Positions 63,409 through 64,000 of a stretch of DNA of 64,000 nt are shown in pieces. The DNA comes from an uncultured Candidatus Rokubacteria bacterium (GTDB lineage: Bacteria > Methylomirabilota > Methylomirabilia > Rokubacteriales > CSP1-6). Made by a program: the position numbers and the translations under genes. A model generated the notes under the pieces. It was not told the DNA's origin and made no database searches. It saw nothing but the letters and a program-made list of their open reading frames with translations. The stretch's first letter is position 1. Each line of letters starts with the position of its first letter. The DNA lies in assembly GCA_963758635.1 (NCBI GenBank), contig CAVWWD010000007.1, forward strand, positions 288,001-352,000, in the 5' to 3' direction.

Positions 63409-63494
63409 CTCGTGAGCCCCGCGCATCAGACTCATACCGAGCGGTGGGACTGTAGAGGCCCGTGGCGGTTACCGTATTCTGCGAGGGTCATTCG
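63409..63494 (+). repeat. ~80-bp dispersed element, copy 3
   Basis: gtgagccccgcgcatcagactcataccgagcggtgggactgtagaggcccgtggcggttaccgtattctgcgagggtcat. Confidence 0.88.
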
Positions 63495-63504
63495 TCGCGG
63501 CGGG

Positions 63505-64000
63505 TCAGGAGCGGGAGGGGCGCCGCCAGGCGCCGGCGCGGATCGCCGCGGCGACCAGGCTCCCGAAGACGACCATGGCGAGGGCGACGGCGAGGAAGAG
63601 GCCGGTGAGGCCGGCCCCGAGGTAATGAACGACCAGCCATCCGCCTCCGCCGGCCACGATGAGGCGCGCGAAGCCGGCAATCAGCGGCCACGCGAGGCGC
63701 CCGGCGCCCTGCGAGGCGAAGTAGAGCGCCAGCCCGAGCCCGAAGAACGCATAGGTGGGGCCGACGATCCTGAGGCACACCGAGCCCGCGGCGATCACCT
63801 CGGGATCGGCGGTGAAGAGGCCGATCCACGCGGCGGGGAACACGGCGGCGGCAAGGCCGATGCTCCCCGTCACCATGCCGGCCAGCGCGGCGCCGGTCCA
63901 CGCGACGCGCTCGGCGCGCTCGCCGCGGCCCGCGCCGACGTTGGTGCCCACCATCGGCACGAGCGCCGACCCGAGGCCGAAGACGAGCGGGATCTGCAGG
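63505..64000 (-). CDS. MATE family efflux transporter, C-terminal part (partial)
   Basis: LQIPLVFGLG..LVPMVGTNVGAG...RA, LFT.DP.V, LRIVGP.Y, YFASQGAG. Confidence 0.88.
   Translation of the reverse strand, partial: LQIPLVFGLGSALVPMVGTNVGAGRGERAERVAWTGAALAGMVTGSIGLAAAVFPAAWIGLFTADPEVIAAGSVCLRIVGPTYAFFGLGLALYFASQGAGRLAWPLIAGFARLIVAGGGGWLVVHYLGAGLTGLFLAVALAMVVFGSLVAAAIRAGAWRRPSRS

Overview
High-GC bacterial chromosomal window, densely coding, with about 60 mostly housekeeping and catabolic genes. Gene content and style suggest Ca. Rokubacteria/Methylomirabilota, but this is an unverified inference. Contents include an amidase / D-aminoacylase / multi-GAF histidine kinase / sigma54 response regulator operon, acs, citrate synthase, a DapF-like protein, an M16 peptidase pair, UdgB, a CCA-adding enzyme, YejABEF-like and NodIJ-like ABC transporters, a PIN toxin-antitoxin pair and a PEP-CTERM-type protein. 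No rRNA, tRNA or CRISPR array was found. About 15 genes carry single-base frameshifts, most likely uncorrected long-read indels. Most interesting signals: (1) recurrent 10-13 codon linker mini-ORFs that overlap both the upstream stop and the downstream start (RTGA...RTGA), including a 35-bp triplication forming a two-step relay between the kinase and its response regulator; (2) an apparent fusion of DUF169 with an MtaA/CmuA-type (URO-D fold) methyltransferase, divergent from a 'virulence factor' domain gene; (3) an ~80-bp dispersed hairpin element in 3 copies and a ~50-bp repeat family, one copy of which is translated into a protein tail; (4) a DapF homologue with both catalytic Cys replaced by Ser; (5) three well-formed sigma54 promoters.
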